From Candidatus Kerfeldbacteria bacterium CG08_land_8_20_14_0_20_40_16 (GTDB taxonomy: Bacteria > Patescibacteriota > Patescibacteriia > UM-FILTER-42-10): a stretch of 52,591 bases of DNA. The DNA lies in assembly GCA_002774635.1 (NCBI GenBank), contig PEXU01000047.1, positions 1 to 52,591 on the forward strand, given 5' to 3'. Below are positions 19,160-28,187 of this stretch, piece after piece. Every line of letters begins with the position of its first letter. The first letter of the stretch is position 1. The notes below the pieces were generated by a model. The model was not told where the DNA came from, made no database searches, and saw only the letters and a list, made by a program, of their open reading frames with translations. A program made the translations under genes and the position numbers.

Positions 19160-20065
19160 CTATCCCGTCCTTTGATAAACAGGTTCACGTTTCTTCTTAA
19201 AGGCAGTGAGCCCTTCCGCATAGTCCGGATGTGGTGCGAGTTCTTGCAGGTAAACCGTTTCGGAAAATTCCAGAGCTTCGGTAAGGGTTTTAGCATTCTG
19301 GGCACAGTGGGTTAGCACGCTGGTCGCCTGATTCAGGACAAAGGAGCTCAACTTAGCGGTATGCTGCTGTACATCGGCAAGCGCTTGGGCGACGGTAGTT
19401 TCGTCAATGTGCAGGACTTCTCCAAAGAGACTGGAAATTTTAGGTAGTTCCGCAACTGATCTGAAATCCAGTTGCTCAATGAGATTTTCCAGCGTGCCGG
19501 TAAAAGTCTCGTCAATCAGCCCCATAACGCGCATATCCTCCAGTTGCCAGGGTTCCTCTCCCTTCAGAATTTTACCTGTCAGCAGAAACCGGATTGTGCT
19601 TGTGATGTCCTTTGATAGGCGGGGGAAAACTGCCAAACCGAACGGCGGATAGCAAGCCAGCTTAATCTCCGGAACTCCGAAATACAGCGTTTTGGGATTC
19701 AAGGCGATTACCTTCCGGCAGGCCCGGACCAGTTCCGCTCCTCCGCCTAGACACTTGCCGGAAACAATAGCGACGGTAGGAAGGGGAAATTCAGCAACGG
19801 TCCGGCAGAGATTGTTGAAAACAGGAAGCATTTTTCCCACCTTCTCCGGAAAATGTTCGCCAATATCCGCTCCGGCGCAAAAATACTCTCCTTCACTGGC
19901 GAGCACCAATAGGTCGAATTCCTTGATCGGGAATTCCATCAGCAGAAAGTGGGATAGTTCTTCGCACATCGCCTGGTTCAAAATGTTTAGCGGCGGTCGC
20001 TTAAGCAGTAAGACCGCATTTCGACCATATGGTTTGAGTTCAGTAAATTGCAAATTCATCCTCAT
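19160..20065 (-). CDS. Enoyl-CoA hydratase/isomerase (crotonase) family protein
   Basis: Crotonase-fold motifs (FCAGADIGE, GGGAELVRACRKVIA); GC-richer than surrounding genes. Confidence 0.65.
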   Translation of the reverse strand: MRMNLQFTELKPYGRNAVLLLKRPPLNILNQAMCEELSHFLLMEFPIKEFDLLVLASEGEYFCAGADIGEHFPEKVGKMLPVFNNLCRTVAEFPLPTVAIVSGKCLGGGAELVRACRKVIALNPKTLYFGVPEIKLACYPPFGLAVFPRLSKDITSTIRFLLTGKILKGEEPWQLEDMRVMGLIDETFTGTLENLIEQLDFRSVAELPKISSLFGEVLHIDETTVAQALADVQQHTAKLSSFVLNQATSVLTHCAQNAKTLTEALEFSETVYLQELAPHPDYAEGLTAFKKKREPVYQRTG

Positions 20066-20118
20066 ACTCCTTAATAAGTTAATAGGACAAAAATTTCGGT
20101 TGTCAGAACGGGGAAGGG

Positions 20119-21255
20119 CTACGATTCTTGAGGTTTTCCCAGCACCGCCTCAAACAGCTCTTCATTCATGGGATGACCTTCTGCCAGCAACTGTCGGTAC
20201 TTAATGAAATCAATGACATTCGAGCCGGTGATTTTCTTGGTGTTGAAGGCAGTGAATCCCAGAGAACCTTCGCCCTGCATGTTTGCTGCTAGCCAGTGCC
20301 GGTTGGGAAGTTTATTCTGGTCCCACCCGGATTTTTTCTTCTGCCGGATACCGTCAATAGATTTCATCAGACAGCCCGAGAACAGGTTGATAAAGGTCCA
20401 GACGATGCGGTTGACTGCGGTATCGAGCTGAGCGGAATCATATACCACTTTTTCCATCAGACCTTTGGCATGCTGGATTTCGTTGTGTCCTGAGAGGCGT
20501 TCGCCGAAGACAATTCTGCCGTTCTCTATCCATTGGTCGGTGATGACCAAGGGGTTGGTGATGAATTTTCCTTCCAGCTTGAGTACTGGTACTGCCTCGG
20601 TGATTAATCCCAGCCGCAACATCTTGTAGGCAGACCACATTTCGCAGGAAACGCAGCTCCACATTGCTTGCTCAAGGGGTAACAACCAAGGCAGAAAGTC
20701 AGTAGAACCGCCGTCTGGTGCGCTGCCATGACGAGGACCGGCTTGTCCGAATATAGCAGTGTCAGCGGCAATGGTCAGATCGCATGCCATGCCAATTTCC
20801 TGACCGCCAGCTACGCGCATGCCGTTGACTCGGTTGATGACGGGCTTTTTGCAGTTTAGAATGGCATCCACCATCGCGATGAAAAGGTCCATGTACTGAC
20901 CGTATTCTTCCGGCCGGCCGGAGTAATACTCGGCGTATTCCTTGGTGTTGCCGCCGGTGCAGAAAGCCTTGCTGCCCATGGCAGTGAAAACCACTGCTAC
21001 CACACTGCGGTCCATTGAGGCGCGGTAGAACCCGGCGATTACTCCTTTCACCATTTTCGTGGTGTAGGAATTAAGTTGCTCCGGGTTGTTCAGAATAATC
21101 CAGGCGGTGCAAAGGTCTGGAACTACCAGTCCTTTGTCGTCCATTATCGGGCGTAGTTCGTACATTACACCCGGTGCTTGATCGCTGAATAGCGATTCGT
21201 CAAAGAGATTATGGTCTTTCAACTCATGATCTCGTGGTACCCAGTCTAGTGACAT
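20119..21255 (-). CDS. Long-form crotonase-superfamily enzyme (378 aa; MenB-like or ring-hydrolase BamA/Oah-like; subfamily not resolved)
   Basis: FCTGGN...GQAGPRHGSAPDGGSTDFLP crotonase core with N- and C-terminal extensions. Confidence 0.5.
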   Translation of the reverse strand: MSLDWVPRDHELKDHNLFDESLFSDQAPGVMYELRPIMDDKGLVVPDLCTAWIILNNPEQLNSYTTKMVKGVIAGFYRASMDRSVVAVVFTAMGSKAFCTGGNTKEYAEYYSGRPEEYGQYMDLFIAMVDAILNCKKPVINRVNGMRVAGGQEIGMACDLTIAADTAIFGQAGPRHGSAPDGGSTDFLPWLLPLEQAMWSCVSCEMWSAYKMLRLGLITEAVPVLKLEGKFITNPLVITDQWIENGRIVFGERLSGHNEIQHAKGLMEKVVYDSAQLDTAVNRIVWTFINLFSGCLMKSIDGIRQKKKSGWDQNKLPNRHWLAANMQGEGSLGFTAFNTKKITGSNVIDFIKYRQLLAEGHPMNEELFEAVLGKPQES

Positions 21256-21455
21256 GTTTTACTCCCTTCTGTTTTTACTAACTGATTGGTGATTTTTTGA
21301 TTGTATTTGGTTGTAAAAGTTCAAATTTGTATTTAATAATACAAGTTTTATATCTTAGCATAAGGAAAAGGGGAATTCAAATCTTGACTTTGTTTCTGGT
21401 TATATGATAGTGTGAAATTACAGATAAATGGCGTTCTCGGACGTCTATTTTTTGT

Positions 21456-21500
21456 TTAATTCTCAATTATCAATTCTCAATTTACAATCAATTTTCAATG
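21456..21500. repeat. Left arm of the AT-rich hairpin repeat; it contributes the ATG of the four-helix-bundle gene
   Basis: aattctcaattatcaattctcaatttacaatcaattttcaATG. Confidence 0.65.
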
Positions 21501-21863
21501 AAACAATTTCCAAACAGGTATGATTTAGAAGATAGAACAGCTAATTTTGGCGCTGATATCATATTATTTTGTAAAAGAATTGTACAGGACGAAATCGCCA
21601 AACCCATTGTAAAACAGCTAATTCGTTCGGCAACAAGCATTGGAGCAAATTATATGGAAGCAAATGCCGCAAGTTCAAGAAAAGATTTTAGAAATAAGAT
21701 ATACATTTGCAAGAAAGAAGCTCAAGAAACAAAACATTGGCTGAGAATGATGTTGGTCTGTTTACCGGATAAGAAAGAAAAGATAAATAAACTACGTGGA
21801 GAATGTCAGGAATTAACGTTAATTTTTCAAAAAATAACCTCGTCATTGAAAATTAAAAATTAA
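21498..21863 (+). CDS. Four-helix-bundle protein (23S-rRNA-intervening-sequence protein family)
   Basis: Characteristic LIRSATSIGANYMEANAASSRKDFRNKIYICKKEAQETKHWL motif; both gene ends lie inside the repeat arms. Confidence 0.7.
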   Translation: MKQFPNRYDLEDRTANFGADIILFCKRIVQDEIAKPIVKQLIRSATSIGANYMEANAASSRKDFRNKIYICKKEAQETKHWLRMMLVCLPDKKEKINKLRGECQELTLIFQKITSSLKIKN

Positions 21864-21925
21864 ACATTCACTGAAAATTGATAATTGGAAATTGAAAATT
21901 TGTTTTTATTGTAAATTTGACAATT
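21845..21925. repeat. Right arm of the AT-rich hairpin repeat; it contributes the stop codon of the four-helix-bundle gene
   Basis: cattgaaaattaaaaattaaacattcactgaaaattgataattggaaattgaaaatt. Confidence 0.65.
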
Positions 21926-22125
21926 TATCCAAAAATAGAATAGGATAGGAATTACAACTAAATAACTAATTTTAGCCATGAAACTGCAATTTAAGTACAA
22001 TCTGATGAATTCCAAAGATACCCAAGGAATCAGGGATGTTGCCGTATTATACGGTAATCTCGCTTGCCCGGGCAGTTTTAGGCTAATTTTAGGCAAAATG
22101 TAATGTAATTTAGTTATTATCCTAG

Positions 22126-22150
22126 TACTGCCCCGGCAAAAGCCGGGGTT
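22126..22150 (+). terminator. Rho-independent terminator
   Basis: ccccggcaaaagccggggttttt. Confidence 0.65.
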
Positions 22151-22158
22151 TTTAAGTA

Positions 22159-22186
22159 GTAGGCGAATTTCGCGAAATTCGCCTAC
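22159..22186. repeat. Palindrome GTAGGCGAATTTCGCGAAATTCGCCTAC (third copy of the GTAGGCGAATTT family)
   Basis: Seen directly in the sequence. Confidence 0.75.
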
Positions 22187-22216
22187 AAAACCGTTCCCAA
22201 ACTGGAGGAAACAACC

Positions 22217-23410
22217 ATGATCAAGAGAACAACCAAAATATTCTACCTTGTCACCGGAATCAGCGAATTTTTCGTGGCTTTTCATTTTGGCACCTACGTG
22301 CTGTTCTTGCTGTCGCACCAGCTGACGCTTTTTGAGGTCAGCCTGGTAAACATGGTTTTTATGACCACCATGTTCTTATTTGAAGTGCCAACCGGTGCTA
22401 TTGCCGATATCTTTGGCCGAAGATTCTCTTATCTTCTGTCTTGCCTGGTCACTGCCGCCGGATTCCTGTTTTACGGATTTTCGAGCACCTTGGCCGGATT
22501 TATGTTAGCGGAAGCGATTCTGGCCTTGGGAGCAACCCTTACTTCCGGAGCGTTAGATGCTTGGTTTGTGGACAGTCTGAAATTCTACGGCTACCAGGGG
22601 TCGTTTCACAATTTCTTTGCCCGCCAGGCAAGGATTCTGAATGGAGCAACCATCTTTGGCGCTTTGGCCGGCGGTTACTTAGGCCGTTTGAATCTCGCTT
22701 ACAATTGGTTTGTAGCTGGATTCGGATTTCTGCTGGTAGCTTGGCTGGCCTCGCGGTTGATGAAGGAGGAATACTTTCAACCGAATGGAAACGGCATAAA
22801 GGGCATTCTGTCTGATTTTCGGGAAGTAGCCGGCAGCTCTTTCCACTATGGTAAGAGCAGTAAGGCATTTGTCTTGCTGGTTCTAATTGGCGTGGGAGTG
22901 AGTATTGCCACTATGGCCCCTAATATGCAGTGGCAGCCGGTTTTCCGGAGGTACTTTAATGATCCGGCGCTCTTTGGCTGGCTTTGGGCGGCCATGTCCG
23001 TGGCGGTAATAATCGGAAACACCCTAGTTCCTTGGCTGGCTAAGAAATTACCAGGCCAAAAATGGGTCTTTGCTTTAGCACTGCTGGTGATTGGAGTAGG
23101 GGTGATTATCACCCCTTGGGCTTCCGGATTACTGATCACCCTGTTGTTCTTCCTGTTTCATGAAATGGGTCGGGGAGTGCTTAGGCCCAGCCTGGATGCT
23201 TATTTAAACAGGATTATTCCTTCTAATTGGCGGGCCACCCTCCTCTCAATTTATTCTATGACCACCACCGGCGGAGCGGCCCTGGGACTACTGATAAGCG
23301 GTTATTTAGCAGAGCGCTACTCGATTCCGCTAACCTGGTCTCTGGCCGGGGGTTTGTTGCTGCTACTTATCCCCATCTCCTTGAAGCTCAAGGAAGAAGG
23401 AAAAAATTAA
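22217..23410 (+). CDS. MFS-type transporter (12 predicted transmembrane helices)
   Basis: Hydrophobicity pattern and a GRRF-type loop motif (ADIFGRRFSY). Confidence 0.7.
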   Translation: MIKRTTKIFYLVTGISEFFVAFHFGTYVLFLLSHQLTLFEVSLVNMVFMTTMFLFEVPTGAIADIFGRRFSYLLSCLVTAAGFLFYGFSSTLAGFMLAEAILALGATLTSGALDAWFVDSLKFYGYQGSFHNFFARQARILNGATIFGALAGGYLGRLNLAYNWFVAGFGFLLVAWLASRLMKEEYFQPNGNGIKGILSDFREVAGSSFHYGKSSKAFVLLVLIGVGVSIATMAPNMQWQPVFRRYFNDPALFGWLWAAMSVAVIIGNTLVPWLAKKLPGQKWVFALALLVIGVGVIITPWASGLLITLLFFLFHEMGRGVLRPSLDAYLNRIIPSNWRATLLSIYSMTTTGGAALGLLISGYLAERYSIPLTWSLAGGLLLLLIPISLKLKEEGKN

Positions 23411-23411
23411 A

Positions 23412-23448
23412 AGGTCCTTCCTAACACCAAGAAGGACCTTTTTTATCA
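23412..23448 (+). terminator. Rho-independent terminator
   Basis: aaaaggtccttcctaacaccaagaaggaccttttttat. Confidence 0.7.
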
Positions 23449-23645
23449 CTTGTTTTAGCTAAAATATTCAAAAAATTGATTTACCCTACTTTATCGCTTG
23501 ACAGTGTTTTATCAGAAGAAGTATGATAAAAACAACAAAATAGACTGGCAAACAAACACCAAAATCAATTTAAAAACCTTTAACAATCTCAGGGTTTGTT
23601 TTTTTCTCGCTTTTTTTCACTGAAAATGAGCAAAAGTGGGGAGTA

Positions 23646-23674
23646 TTGACTGACACAAGATTTTGTGATAGAAT
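23646..23674 (+). promoter_or_regulatory. Sigma70-like promoter of the nrdR-nrdJ operon (TTGACT ... extended -10 TGATAGAAT)
   Basis: ttgactgacacaagattttgtgatagaat. Confidence 0.5.
23654..23669. promoter_or_regulatory. NrdR box 1 (ACACAAGATTTTGTGA), overlapping the -10 region
   Basis: 13/16 match to the NrdR-box consensus acaCwAtATaTwGtgt. Confidence 0.55.
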
Positions 23675-23685
23675 ACCTTATAGGA

Positions 23686-23701
23686 CCACTAGATATAGTA
23701 T
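23686..23701. promoter_or_regulatory. NrdR box 2 (CCACTAGATATAGTAT), 32 bp downstream of box 1
   Basis: Near-palindrome matching the NrdR-box core ACTAtATATAGT; the tandem spacing of ~3 helical turns is typical. Confidence 0.55.
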
Positions 23702-23781
23702 TTTTAAGAATACAAAAAGCTAATTTGTGGGGAAATAACAAATCCCACCCTTAAAAGGGTCTATTTTTTTGCGAAAAAACT

Positions 23782-24258
23782 ATGCGTTGTCCAGTTTGCC
23801 AACATCCCGATAGCCGAGTGGTAGATAGCCGGCTGGTAGAAGACGGAATAGTTATCCGTAGGCGCCGGGAATGTGAAAAGTGTGAATTTCGATTTTCTAC
23901 CTATGAAGAGGTAGAAATCCTAGATCTTTCTGTAATTAAAAGAGACGGACGCCGACAGCCCTATTCTCGAGAGAAACTAGAAGAAGGATTAAGGAAGTCG
24001 TTGGAAAAACGCCCAATCGGGTCAGATGATTTCAAAAGATTAATTAGCCGGATCGAAAGGGATATTCAACTTAAGAGTAAATCAGCTTCTGCTCAAGCTA
24101 ATGGTTCCCGCCGAGAAGTTCCTACTTCCAAAATAGGCGACATTGTGATTAAGCATCTTCGCAAAGTTGATCCGGTGGCTTACATTCGCTTTGCCTCGGT
24201 CTATAAATCATTTGATGACATTGATTCCTTTAAAAAAGAGCTTAAGAAAATAAGTTAG
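23782..24258 (+). CDS. nrdR: Transcriptional repressor NrdR
   Basis: N-terminal zinc ribbon CPVC...CEKC plus ATP-cone. Confidence 0.9.
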   Translation: MRCPVCQHPDSRVVDSRLVEDGIVIRRRRECEKCEFRFSTYEEVEILDLSVIKRDGRRQPYSREKLEEGLRKSLEKRPIGSDDFKRLISRIERDIQLKSKSASAQANGSRREVPTSKIGDIVIKHLRKVDPVAYIRFASVYKSFDDIDSFKKELKKIS

Positions 24259-24285
24259 CTTTTCAAGCATTAATTAGGAGGTTTT

Positions 24286-27189
24286 ATGCCCCAACAAACA
24301 CAAACACTTACCTCTTCCAAAATCGAAGAAGAAATCGAAATAAAAGATTCAGCCCCGGAAACAGATAAAAAAAGAGGTCTTTCTTTCCAGCGACTTTTTA
24401 CCTACGCCGAAACTCATCCTTTCGATGAAATCAAATGGGAAAAAAGAGATGCCGTAATCACCGACCCGAAAGGCAAAATAGTCTTTGAGCAAAAAGAAGT
24501 GGAAGTTCCTGATTTCTGGTCTCAGAACGCTACTAACATTGTGGCCTCGAAATATTTTTATGGCGATAAAGAAAAAAAAGAAAGAGAGTTCAGCGTCAAA
24601 CAACTGATTGACCGAGTCTCTCGAACCATAACCGACTGGGGCAAAAAAGATAATTATTTTGCATCCGAAGAAGATGCGGAAAATTTCTATAACGAATTAA
24701 CTTACCTTTTAGTAAATCAATACACGGCATTTAATAGCCCAGTCTGGTTTAACTGCGGGGTTGATCGTTATGATAGTGGTTCAGGAAAAGGACGCTATTA
24801 CTGGAACAAAGAACAGCAAAAAATATTAGTTGCCGAAGACGATTATACTCATCCCCAATGTTCGGCCTGTTTTATCAATTCGGTGGAAGATTCCATGGAT
24901 TCTATTTTAAATTTGGCCAAAACCGAGGGAATGTTGTTCAAATTCGGATCAGGAGCCGGTACCAACCTTTCTCCTATTCGGTCTTCTAAAGAGCATTTAA
25001 GCGGCGGCGGTCAATCCTCTGGCCCGGTGTCGTTTATGAAAGGATTTGATGCTTTTGCCGGGGTGATTAAATCGGGCGGCAAGACTCGCCGAGCGGCCAA
25101 AATGGTCATTTTAGATGTAAATCACCCGGATATAATGGAATTTATTGGATGTAAAGCCAATGAAGAAAAGAAAGCCTGGGCTCTAATTGATGCTGGTTAC
25201 GATGGTTCGATTGATGGAGAAGCTTATTCTTCGATTTTTTTCCAAAATGCCAACAATAGCGTTCGGGTAACGGATGAATTTATGGAAGCAACCCTGAATG
25301 ATGGTAAGTGGAAAACAAGGACAATTACCACTGGCAAAGTAATGGATACTTTTAATGCCCGTGACCTTTTGCGCAAAATCGCGGAAGCAACCCATATTTG
25401 TGGCGATCCCGGACTGCAGTTTGATACCGCGGTTAATGATTGGCATACCTGTTTGAATACCGATCGCATTTATGCCTCTAATCCTTGTAGCGAGTATATG
25501 TTCATCAATGATTCGGCCTGCAATCTGGTATCTTTAAATCTGACCAAGTTTTTGAATGATAATGGGGAGTTTGACGTTGCTTCTTTTAAGCATGCTGTGG
25601 ATGTAGTAATTACCGCTCAAGAGATAATCGTGGACCGCGCCAGTTATCCGACCCAGAAGATTGCTGAAAATAGCCATCTGTTCCGTGCCCTCGGGCTGGG
25701 ATACGCCAACTTGGGAGCGCTTCTGATGTATTTGGGCCTTCCTTATAATAGTGATAGGGGTAGAGCCTTGGCCGGTGTAATCACCGCCATTATGACCGCC
25801 GAAGCTTACAAACAATCTTCTATCATGGCCAAAGAAAAGGGGGTTTTTGATAAATATAATGAAAACAGAGAGCCCTTTTTAAGGGTGATTCGAAAACACC
25901 GGGATGCCACTAAAGAAATCAACGGCGATTTGACCATGCCTGGTCTAAAACAGGAGGCGGAAGAAATCTGGAACGAAGTTTTAGAACTAGGAAACGAGTA
26001 CGGCTTTCGAAATGCTCAAGTAACCTTGCTGGCTCCTACCGGTACCATCGGCTTTTTAATGGATTGTGATACTACCGGTATTGAGCCGGACATTGCTCTG
26101 GTAAAATACAAAAAATTGGTGGGAGGAGGCTACATGAAGATTGTGAATAATACTATCCCCATGGCGCTTAAACGGCTTGGCTACAACAATGATCAGGTCA
26201 AGGACATTATCGACTACATTGACAAAAACGATACGATCGAGGGAACGCCTTATCTTAAAGAAGAAGATCTGCCGGTATTTGATTGCGCTTTTCGTCCTTC
26301 CAACGGCGTCCGCTCCATTCACCATTTGGGGCATATTAAAATGATGTCGGCCGTTCAACCCTTTCTTTCTGGAGCCATTTCTAAAACGGTGAACATGCCC
26401 GAGAATTCAACGGTAGAAGATATTATGGATACCTATATCCAGGCTTGGAAGTTGGGCTTAAAAGCAATTGCCATTTATCGGGATAGTTCTAAACGAACTC
26501 AACCTTTAAACAATAAGAAAGAGGAAAAGGATGTCAAGAAAGAGGAGTTTAAAGTAATTCGTAACAAACTGCCGGACGAAAGACAGTCCATTACCCATAA
26601 GTTCGAAGTAGCCGGCCACGAAGGATACATTACGGTTGGTCTTTACGAAGATGGTCGCCCTGGCGAAATCTTTATTACCATGTCGAAAGACGGCAGCACC
26701 CTTTCTGGAATAATGGACGCCTTTGCCACTTCTATTTCCCTTAACCTGCAATATGGCGTTCCCCTGAAAGTGCTGGTTAATAAATTTACCCACACCCGCT
26801 TTGAACCGGCCGGCTTTACCAATAACAAGCAGATCCCGATGGCTAAGTCGATTATGGATTATATCTTTCGCTGGTTGGCAATAAAGTTTTTAAACCCCGA
26901 AGAAGTAGCGTTGGTTCATAACGCTTTATTGATTGGGGAAGACAAGAAGGAACTGAAGGAAGAGGTAAAAGAAAATAGCAAAATAAAGGAGGAAGAAAAA
27001 GATTCTCCTAATCCGGGCGAAGGTCAAGACCCGCTGCCCGCTTTTCAAATAAAGGTTGAGCAACAAGAATTGTTAACCTTTCAGAACCACGAAGATGCTC
27101 CGTTCTGCGAAGAATGCGGATCAATTATGATTCGCAACGGATCCTGCTACAAATGCCTGGAATGCGGCAGTACCAGCGGCTGCTCCTAG
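24286..27189 (+). CDS. nrdJ: Class II (adenosylcobalamin-dependent) ribonucleotide reductase NrdJ with a C-terminal zinc ribbon
   Basis: 967 aa monomeric-type RNR; active-site NPCSEY; C-terminal CEECG...CYKCLECG. Confidence 0.8.
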   Translation: MPQQTQTLTSSKIEEEIEIKDSAPETDKKRGLSFQRLFTYAETHPFDEIKWEKRDAVITDPKGKIVFEQKEVEVPDFWSQNATNIVASKYFYGDKEKKEREFSVKQLIDRVSRTITDWGKKDNYFASEEDAENFYNELTYLLVNQYTAFNSPVWFNCGVDRYDSGSGKGRYYWNKEQQKILVAEDDYTHPQCSACFINSVEDSMDSILNLAKTEGMLFKFGSGAGTNLSPIRSSKEHLSGGGQSSGPVSFMKGFDAFAGVIKSGGKTRRAAKMVILDVNHPDIMEFIGCKANEEKKAWALIDAGYDGSIDGEAYSSIFFQNANNSVRVTDEFMEATLNDGKWKTRTITTGKVMDTFNARDLLRKIAEATHICGDPGLQFDTAVNDWHTCLNTDRIYASNPCSEYMFINDSACNLVSLNLTKFLNDNGEFDVASFKHAVDVVITAQEIIVDRASYPTQKIAENSHLFRALGLGYANLGALLMYLGLPYNSDRGRALAGVITAIMTAEAYKQSSIMAKEKGVFDKYNENREPFLRVIRKHRDATKEINGDLTMPGLKQEAEEIWNEVLELGNEYGFRNAQVTLLAPTGTIGFLMDCDTTGIEPDIALVKYKKLVGGGYMKIVNNTIPMALKRLGYNNDQVKDIIDYIDKNDTIEGTPYLKEEDLPVFDCAFRPSNGVRSIHHLGHIKMMSAVQPFLSGAISKTVNMPENSTVEDIMDTYIQAWKLGLKAIAIYRDSSKRTQPLNNKKEEKDVKKEEFKVIRNKLPDERQSITHKFEVAGHEGYITVGLYEDGRPGEIFITMSKDGSTLSGIMDAFATSISLNLQYGVPLKVLVNKFTHTRFEPAGFTNNKQIPMAKSIMDYIFRWLAIKFLNPEEVALVHNALLIGEDKKELKEEVKENSKIKEEEKDSPNPGEGQDPLPAFQIKVEQQELLTFQNHEDAPFCEECGSIMIRNGSCYKCLECGSTSGCS

Positions 27190-27295
27190 TCTCAATTTTC
27201 AATTTTCAATTTACAATTTTCAAGTACGCCATTGAAAATTGAATCATTGAGAATTTAATGGAAATTGCAAAATTGATAATTGAAAATTATTGATT
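27190..27295. repeat. Copy of the AT-rich hairpin repeat (caattttcaattttcaatttacaattttcaag / cattgaaaattgaatcattgagaattt...aaattgataattgaaaatt)
   Basis: Inverted arms read directly from the sequence; shares the GAAAATTGATAATTG core with the other copies. Confidence 0.7.
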
Positions 27296-27846
27296 ATATT
27301 ATGTCCAGAAAAACAGAAAATAAAGGATTAGTAATCGTCTACACTGGCTCTGGCAAAGGCAAAACCACCGCGGCGATTGGAATGGCAGTGCGCGCGGCCG
27401 GTTATAATCAAAAATCAATCATTATTCAATTTATCAAAGGAACTTGGAAATCAGGGGAAGGGCAGAGTCTGAAAAAGCTTTATCCTCAAATAGAGATTAT
27501 TCCGGCCGGCAAGGGATTCGTAAAGATATTAAATGACCGCGAGCCTTTCAAAAATCATCTTCAAGCGGCTCAAGCGGCCTTAAAACTGGCTCGGCAGGCT
27601 GTCCGTTCCCATAAATATCAAATAGTGGTTCTGGATGAAATCAACTATGCGGTAAAAGGGAATTTGGTTTTAGTAAAAGATGTCTTAGATCTAATTAAAA
27701 TGAAGCTTCCCTCAATCCATTTAGTGCTGACCGGCAATTACGCTTCACCCCGCCTAATTCAAAAAGCCGATCTGGTGACAGAAATGAAAGAAATTAAACA
27801 TCCTTTCCAAAAAGGAATTAAGGCTCAAGAAGGAATCGATTATTAA
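27280..27846 (+). CDS. cobO: Cob(I)alamin adenosyltransferase (CobO/BtuR/CobA family); alternative start at 27301 (MSRK...)
   Basis: P-loop GSGKGKTTAA and family-typical length; sits adjacent to the B12-dependent RNR. Confidence 0.75.
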   Translation: MKIIDYIMSRKTENKGLVIVYTGSGKGKTTAAIGMAVRAAGYNQKSIIIQFIKGTWKSGEGQSLKKLYPQIEIIPAGKGFVKILNDREPFKNHLQAAQAALKLARQAVRSHKYQIVVLDEINYAVKGNLVLVKDVLDLIKMKLPSIHLVLTGNYASPRLIQKADLVTEMKEIKHPFQKGIKAQEGIDY

Positions 27847-27857
27847 GCGATTTGACA

Positions 27858-27887
27858 GCTCTAGTCAAGAAGTAATAGAATTAACTC
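27858..27887 (+). promoter_or_regulatory. Promoter TTGACA-18-TAGAAT driving the cobalamin riboswitch
   Basis: ttgacagctctagtcaagaagtaatagaat. Confidence 0.5.
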
Positions 27888-27899
27888 ACCTTAACAATT

Positions 27900-28140
27900 G
27901 AAAGTTTAATCAGAGAGAAAACAGGGAACACCGGTGGCTCCCTCGTCAGACGAGGGGGGAATCCGGGGCAGACCCGCTACTGTGAGTTCTGAACGAAGTG
28001 AAGAAATCACCTCGAGCTTAGTCGAGAGGTGATTATTCCCCAGCTCAGAATAAGCCAGAGAACTGAATCTCTCTTGAGAAAGTCTTCTTTACTTTCTTCG
28101 CGGATAGAGAAAGGAAGGGTCTAATTTTTGCCTTCCTTGA
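27900..28140 (+). ncRNA. Cobalamin (B12) riboswitch with terminator-type expression platform
   Basis: AGGGAACACCGGTG core, B12-box-like CCGCTACTG, AAGCCAGAGAACTG (cf. AGCCAGGAGACCTGCC), and a terminal hairpin ggaagg...ccttcc + ttttttt. Confidence 0.7.
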
Positions 28141-28187
28141 TAGGAAGGTTTTTTTGTCCGCAGGGATAATCATTAATAAAAAACGAT

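Noticed and set aside
21860-22318. 152-aa minus-strand ORF
   Set aside because: It overlaps the MFS transporter start, a terminator and a palindromic repeat, and has no homology features. It is likely spurious.
14128-27300. CRISPR array interpretation of the AATTTTCAAT repeats
   Set aside because: Units are 10-11 bp, degenerate, lack spacers of constant length, and are followed by their own inverted complements. This is hairpin-forming dispersed repeats, not CRISPR.
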